Below are positions 58,411 to 64,000 of a DNA stretch of 64,000 nt, piece after piece. The notes under the pieces are model-generated. The model saw only the letters and a program-made list of their open reading frames with translations, had not been told where the DNA came from and ran no database searches. The stretch lies in assembly GCA_000004985.1 (NCBI GenBank), contig GG738922.1; one strand, 5' to 3'. The position numbers and the translations under genes are program-made. Position 1 is the first letter of the stretch. The number at the start of each line of letters is the position of its first letter. This stretch comes from Naegleria gruberi (Eukaryota).

Positions 58411-60944
58411 ATGAAGTTATCCTCAAGATATTCTCTTGCCATTGCCTTGGCAACGATTCTTGCCGTCTGTTTGACATGTTCTTGGTCACTTCGTGCAGTT
58501 CACGCCTCTCGTCAACCTATTCGTTACGAAGCTTTCCAAGAATTATTCGAACCTACTTCTGATGCTTGGTCAAACGAAGCATTTATGGTAGAAATGGCTT
58601 CACATCCATCCTTTGATGCTCATTTAGATAACGTTCTTGCTGATTTACAAGATTTTGAATTTGATATCGAGTCAGATGATGCCATTCTCGAATACATGTC
58701 AACTTTATCTGATTCACAAGCTAGAGCTGAATGGAGAAGATTTAGAAGAGCTTTTAGAAGAGTTGGAAGAGCTTTCAGAAAGGTAGCAAGAGGTGTTGTA
58801 AAGGTTGTTAAAAAGTATGGAGCTATTATTGCACCAATTGCTTTGACAATTGCTACTGGTGGTCTTGGTGGTAAGTTTATTATTGTTATTGTTATTGGAG
58901 GATTGATTCAAATTTTGAATATTGAATTTTAAAATAACCTTCCTTCTCATTGGATTGTTAATAATTCTGTCAATTACTATTTTTGGAATATAGCTCCTTC
59001 TTTGGCTGGAAGTTTGGGAAGTATTGGAAGTACTGTTGCAAAGGGAGCTGCCATGTTGGCTAAAGTTTCTTCTATTGCTTCAAAGGCTAACATGGTCATT
59101 GGTGGACTCAATGCTGTTACAGGTTTGTTATCTTTAATTTTCTTTTTATGGTAACAATTGAAACATTTTGAAAATTAGGTGGTAAATCTAAACTCCTCAA
59201 CAAGCTTTCCAATTTTTCCAATAAGGTTACCAATGTTTTGGGTAAGGGTGGTATGATCTTGAATGCAGGTGGTTCTATTGCTAAGGGACTTTCTGGATTG
59301 AGTAATTTGAGTGTTAAGGGAATTGCTGCTCAACTCAAACCAGGAAATTTATTCAAGGGAGCTACATTGTTGGAGAAGGGTACAAACTTTTTGAACAAGG
59401 CCTCTGGATTTATTAAGAAGGGACAAGAAATTACCTCCTCATTGAATAACTTGACAGGTAAGTATTTTAATTGATTATTTCTTATGTAACGTTGATGATG
59501 TGTTATAGGTGGTAAAATCAAGGCACTTAATAAGATTTCTTCAGGTTTAGACAAGGCCCAAAAGATTGCCGGAATTGGATCTGGAGCTTTGAATGGATTG
59601 GGTAAAGGATTGGATTCTCTCAAGAATTTGAAGAATTTTAAGAATATTGATATGAAGAAGTTGTTAACTTCTGAAAATATCAAGAAGGGTTTAGGTAAAC
59701 TTGATTCCACTATTGGAAAGACTAAGGATATCCTTTCCAGTGTTAATGAAGTCACTGGTGGAAAGAGCAAAAAATTGAACAAGATTATTAATGCTCTCGA
59801 TAAGACTCAAAATATTGTTTCTGTTGGTTCAAACGCAGTTGACAGAATTAAAGGTATTAAGAATTCAATTGCTGATTTGAAGAATTTCCAAAGCTCAAAG
59901 ATTAAGGATCTCTTCACCAATGAAGGAATTCAAAAGGCATTGGGTAAGCTCGATAATTCCTTGGGTAAAGGAAAAGATTTCCTCCAACAAGTCAATGCAA
60001 TTAATGGTGGAAAGAGTAAGACTTTAAATAAGTTAATTCAAAAATTAGAAAAGGGTCAACAAGCAGTTGCTATTGGAAGTACTGCTGCTAAAAGATATGA
60101 AGGAATCAAATCATCAATTGAGAAATTATCCAACATGAAGTCAGGTGATTTGAAGAATCTCTTGAATTTTGAAAATGTTCAAACTGGTTTGGGAAAGGCC
60201 AAGAATGCTATGGCTAACGCTGAAGATTTTGTTTCTCAACTCAATACATTCACTAATGGAAGAAGTAAGACTTTGGTTTCCCTTGTTGAAAAGTTAAAGA
60301 AGGGTCAAAAAGTCACATCTGTCACATCTAAAATTTTAGATGGAGCCAAGGGTATTAAGGGAAGTCTTGAACAATTGAAGAATCTCAAGAAGGAAGACAT
60401 GCAAAAGGTATTAGATGCTGAACATCTTCAAGGAGTTTTGAACAGAGTTGCTGGTGCCTTCTCAAAGGGAGAAAATATTGTCTCTGAATTGAACGAAATT
60501 TCCAATGGAAAGAATAAGAATCTTGCCAAGTTATTACAATCCTTGAGAAAGGGTCAAATGATTGCCAATACAGCCTCATCTGGTGTTGGTACTTATAAGA
60601 GCGCTAAGAATTCAATTGAAGAAATGAAGAAACTCAAAGGAAAGAATTTGGAAGAAATCTTAAAATCAGACGAATTGAATGAAGTTATTGATTCATGGAG
60701 AGGAACCATTAAACAAGGAAAGGAATTTACTTCTCAATTTAAGGAATTGAAGAATGAATTAAAGAAGAAAGAAACTCCAATTGAAGATGAACCAGCTCCT
60801 GTAGATGATGCTCAAGGAGAACCATCCAATGAAGAACCAGTTGATAGTGCACAAGGAGAACCAGATCAATCATCACCAGTTGAAGAACCAGTTGATAACA
60901 ATGAAGAACCAGCTGATTTTGATCCATCTACTGCTATGGGATAA
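58411..60944 (+). CDS. Secreted Arg/Lys/Gly-rich tandem-repeat protein (about 767 aa), 4 exons: join(58411..58870,58994..59122,59179..59457,59509..60944)
   Basis: Signal peptide MKLSSRYSLAIALATILAVCLTCSWS; acidic pro-region; cationic amphipathic RRFRRAFRRVGRAFRKVARGVVKVVKKYG; Gly/Ala-rich hydrophobic glycine-zipper stretch. Then six repeats of about 84-93 aa, each starting GGKSK/GRSK/GKNK...LNKLI...KGQ..V..GS.A..R.KGIK.SI..LKN, and an acidic Pro/Glu tail. Three introns (GTAAGT/GTTTGT..AG) are all in phase 1, at the Thr-Gly junction that precedes the Lys-rich repeats. Confidence 0.7.
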
Positions 60945-61220
60945 ATAAAATGTTTTTACTTTTGTAAAGTATTTTAACAAGTTTAGTCAACTTGAAAAAC
61001 ATTACCTTCCAAATCATACACAATGGATTGATTTCGATGATAGGCCGAGAACTGAATTTTTATTATACTATGATCAACTGGGTTAAATGTTCAATATACA
61101 ACGATGCAATGGTTGACAAGTTTTTGTGTTCCTTGACACAAAATTTAGAACTCGAGTTGATTTTGCATTCAAATTCTATATTAAAAATTGGAAACTGGCA
61201 AACTGATCAAAAAAAAAATC

Positions 61221-62645
61221 ATGACCATGATTCGATCAATCACCAGAAGAAAACATCAAGAGGAAGCATTCTACAACTCTCTCAAGCAATTTCCAACCGA
61301 AATTATACTCTACATTCTGTCATTTGCCTTTCCAGATTCTGCTTTGATAAGATTTAAATTTTCATATCCAAACTTTAAAATTTGCAACCTTATTAGAACA
61401 GTTACTATATCACCAGAGGCTAACATTGCTGGTCTGAAACGATATCCCTTCCTAGAAACTGTTGTAATTACAAGAAATGGACCCAATGATGATGATGTAT
61501 TGAGTGAACGTGTACATCCAACCAAGGTTGTCGATATTACTCAAGATGGAATTGATATGACAGATGAACGGGTAGAATATCCAGAAACTGTTAAGAATTT
61601 CGAAGTAGAGGGTGTTGACTTGGAAGAGATTCAAACATTTCCTCCAAATATGGAAAGACTTTCAATAATTTGCAATTATCACCATAGATTCAAGCTTCTC
61701 CAACTTTCAAATCTTAAAACGTTGAAATTACATAGAGTGAAAATAATAGGTACTAATCTCGATTTTAGTAGTATTGAGGATTTGGAATTGGTTAATATTC
61801 AAATATCATATCCACTTCGTTGGAGAGCTGTTGGTTCTTCAAAACCTGTGCTAAAAATTGTAATTTCTCCAAATACCAGGAGGCTTGTGCTTTTTGATTT
61901 CAAAATTATCAATATCCTTTTTGCAAAATATCAACTACTGGATCATTTGAAATATCTGCATGTTGAAGGTAATGAAACAAAAAAGGTAAATCTTACTAAA
62001 TTAGATGCGTCAGAATTAGAGACCTTGATAATTAATAGAATGACCTCTGTAAATCTTAATCTTAATTGTTACAACAAGTTGAGAAAACTTCAAATTACCA
62101 AATGCAAGAATATAGAACAGGTGAAAGGTATTGATACATTGAGTCAATTGGAATGTGCTGTACTGAAGAATAGTCCTTTTGAATCATCTCACTTTGAAAG
62201 CATGTCATCTTTAGCCCAATTGAAATTTGTTGACCTATCCTATACTAAGTGCACTAACTTTGATTCCATCAAGACCATTTTTAAATTACCAAAGTTAGCT
62301 GTATTGTTGTGTGTCTCAGAGCGTTATGTTAATGTTCACGACACTAAATCCAACAAGTTACTGATGAGAAAAGGTTTAGAGAACCACAGCAATCTCAAAC
62401 TCTTCACTTTTAATGCCTCATGGATTAAGGAGAAGGAAAAGGGCAAGGTTTATCTTGAACTTCCAATGGATTCTGAGGAGAGAGCACAAGTTATTGATCT
62501 ATTGTTTAACAAGCCAACACATCCAAGAGTGGACGAAACTTTCCAAGTCCCACCCACAAACTTTTGGGATAATTTTCATTACAAAGACAATGACTATTAT
62601 TATACCAATAGTATCCTTGATAAATATAAATCACAATTCAAATAA
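61221..62645 (+). CDS. F-box / LRR-like protein
   Basis: ORF 61188 starts at TTG; the first ATG is at 61221. FPTEIILYILSFAFPDSALIRFKFSYPNF is F-box-like, followed by repeated L..L.L motifs. Confidence 0.65.
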   Translation: MTMIRSITRRKHQEEAFYNSLKQFPTEIILYILSFAFPDSALIRFKFSYPNFKICNLIRTVTISPEANIAGLKRYPFLETVVITRNGPNDDDVLSERVHPTKVVDITQDGIDMTDERVEYPETVKNFEVEGVDLEEIQTFPPNMERLSIICNYHHRFKLLQLSNLKTLKLHRVKIIGTNLDFSSIEDLELVNIQISYPLRWRAVGSSKPVLKIVISPNTRRLVLFDFKIINILFAKYQLLDHLKYLHVEGNETKKVNLTKLDASELETLIINRMTSVNLNLNCYNKLRKLQITKCKNIEQVKGIDTLSQLECAVLKNSPFESSHFESMSSLAQLKFVDLSYTKCTNFDSIKTIFKLPKLAVLLCVSERYVNVHDTKSNKLLMRKGLENHSNLKLFTFNASWIKEKEKGKVYLELPMDSEERAQVIDLLFNKPTHPRVDETFQVPPTNFWDNFHYKDNDYYYTNSILDKYKSQFK

Positions 62646-62743
62646 ATTCCAATCACTGCGAGTATTCCTATTGCAATTCATTGACTTTATTCCAATATTT
62701 TGGAAATCAACTTTCCACAAAATTCTAAAAAAAATGAAAAAAA

Positions 62744-64000
62744 ATGAAAAAACACAAGTCTGTTACTTCATCAAAGAAAAAAGATAAATCATCAAAGGCA
62801 TTGAATAAGGAGGACGATGGTGATCAGTGCCATGCCATTTCATGTGTTCGCTGTCGACGTCTACATAAAAAGTGTAACAAGAAATTGCCTTCTTGTTCAA
62901 AATGTATTTCCGATGGAGTGGAATGTAGTGTATGTTTGGATTAGAATACAAAATTATATAACTGATAATTGTGTTGTGGGACCGATTGTAGTATAGTGCT
63001 CCTTTAAAAAGAGGAAAGGCTTCGGAAACCTATTTGAAAAAAGTAATGAACAAGTCATCACCCTCAGCTGATACTAGTAATACAACAACTGATTTGGAAT
63101 CACCAAGTACAGAGGCAATAATTCCTCAAACTATTCCATTACCACCATCAAATCAAATAATTGAAATTTATTTTACGTTTTTATGTGGTGTTAATCCGCT
63201 GATTGAGAAGGAAAAGCTAAAATATTTCACTAATAATTATTTATTTCAAATTGATGAGGAAAAAATTGAATTGGAAGAAAATGAATGGATAAAATCTAAG
63301 GAGGAAATGAAAAGTGTTCATTGTTTCTACTTGGCCATATCAGCCTATGCTAAGCAAGCAACGGAAGGTTTGGATGAAACGATTTTGAAAAAAGCAGAAA
63401 AAGAATTTGCAATAATGTCAATGGACTATTCAACAGAATTTTATTGGGCCGCCAGTGCACTCATACTTTTAATTGTATATATCGGTGAAGGTAATCTCTA
63501 CAAATTGAATTATTATCTAGCAATTGTTAATTTTTACATTGAGAATAATAAGGATTGTAAGGAACACAAATTTTTCAAACCACTCGAAAGGTATCGCGAT
63601 CAAATTGCAAGCAGATTTAAAAATAATGTTCAGAGCTTGGGAAATACTTTAGAGAGTCTGAGCAAGATATTTTTCCACTCAACCTCAATGAAATTGGAAG
63701 ATTTTCTTTTACCTGGTGTATGGGAGCATATGAAAACTTCCCCAGTAACTCCACAAAATTTTATTCTTTTCAAACAGGTGCTTGATATTATATTTCAAAC
63801 AATGGTGAAATTTAAACAAACAGTGACTGAATCTCTTGTTGATTGTCATAACGAAATATTTTTTCAATCTCAGCGTTTGTACACAACCATTATAACAGAA
63901 GGATATATACTGTTATTCTTGAAACAAATCCAAGAGGTGTCATTCCCTGCAATGGAGGAAATTGCATTGAAAATTACACTACTAACTGAGAATGAATTAT
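62744..64000 (+). CDS. Zn(II)2Cys6 binuclear-cluster transcription factor (partial, runs off window); join(62744..62929,62992..>64000)
   Basis: CHAISCVRCRRLHKKCNKKLPSCSKCISDGVEC fits C-x2-C-x6-C-x6-C-x2-C-x6-C. A GTATGT donor after ...ECS and a 62-nt intron lead to the acceptor ttgtAG, then YSAPLKRGKAS (compare Gal4 RYSPKTKRS). The frame stays open for 1 kb to the window end. Confidence 0.65.

Noticed and set aside
1-64000. CRISPR arrays, prokaryotic defence or toxin-antitoxin systems, operons
   Set aside because: The sequence is eukaryotic, with spliceosomal introns, a Pol III tRNA gene with an intron, and eukaryote-specific genes (CCT, ING, DLIC, NHP2). No direct-repeat/spacer arrays were seen.

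Overview
Eukaryotic nuclear DNA; no prokaryotic operons, CRISPR arrays or defence islands were seen. The window is gene-dense (about 1 gene per 2 kb) with short spliceosomal introns (40-170 nt, GT..AG) and two very different compositional domains. Positions 1-14.6 kb are extremely AT-rich with AAT-encoded poly-Asn tracts, TTA/AAA codon usage and about 120-nt AT introns (Dictyostelium-like). Genes there: PTP-like phosphatase, TRM7/FTSJ1 2'-O-methyltransferase, F-box/LRR protein, DmpA/S58 peptidase, MutL homolog interrupted by a 305-N scaffold gap, and an IQ-motif protein with an apparent frameshift. At about 14.6-15.1 kb sit a GC-rich structured island and an intron-containing tRNA (anticodon UGU). 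The remaining 49 kb is only moderately AT-rich with yeast-like codon bias (TTG, AGA, GGT, AAG) and many single-exon genes. Genes there: five or more F-box proteins, an atypical Rho GTPase, ING/PHD protein, EEF1A-KMT-like methyltransferase, long-form S-adenosylhomocysteine hydrolase, alpha/beta hydrolase, ARM-like protein, ESCRT-III-like protein, CCT gamma, dynein light intermediate chain, NHP2, a 2445-aa WD40 protein, a Dcp2-like Nudix protein, a VLRF1 (Vms1-like) protein and a Zn2Cys6 factor running off the window end. Intergenic spacers are tiny; several convergent pairs sit 0-70 bp apart and one stop-to-ATG spacing is 1 nt. The most unusual locus is a four-exon gene (58411-60944) for a secreted protein with a signal peptide, an Arg-rich amphipathic segment, a glycine-zipper hydrophobic segment and six Lys-rich repeats of about 84 aa, with all introns in phase 1. 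ORF-track starts that are TTG/GTG were moved to the first in-frame ATG. All exon models come from manual splice-site and homology reasoning, so coordinates may be off by a few nt.
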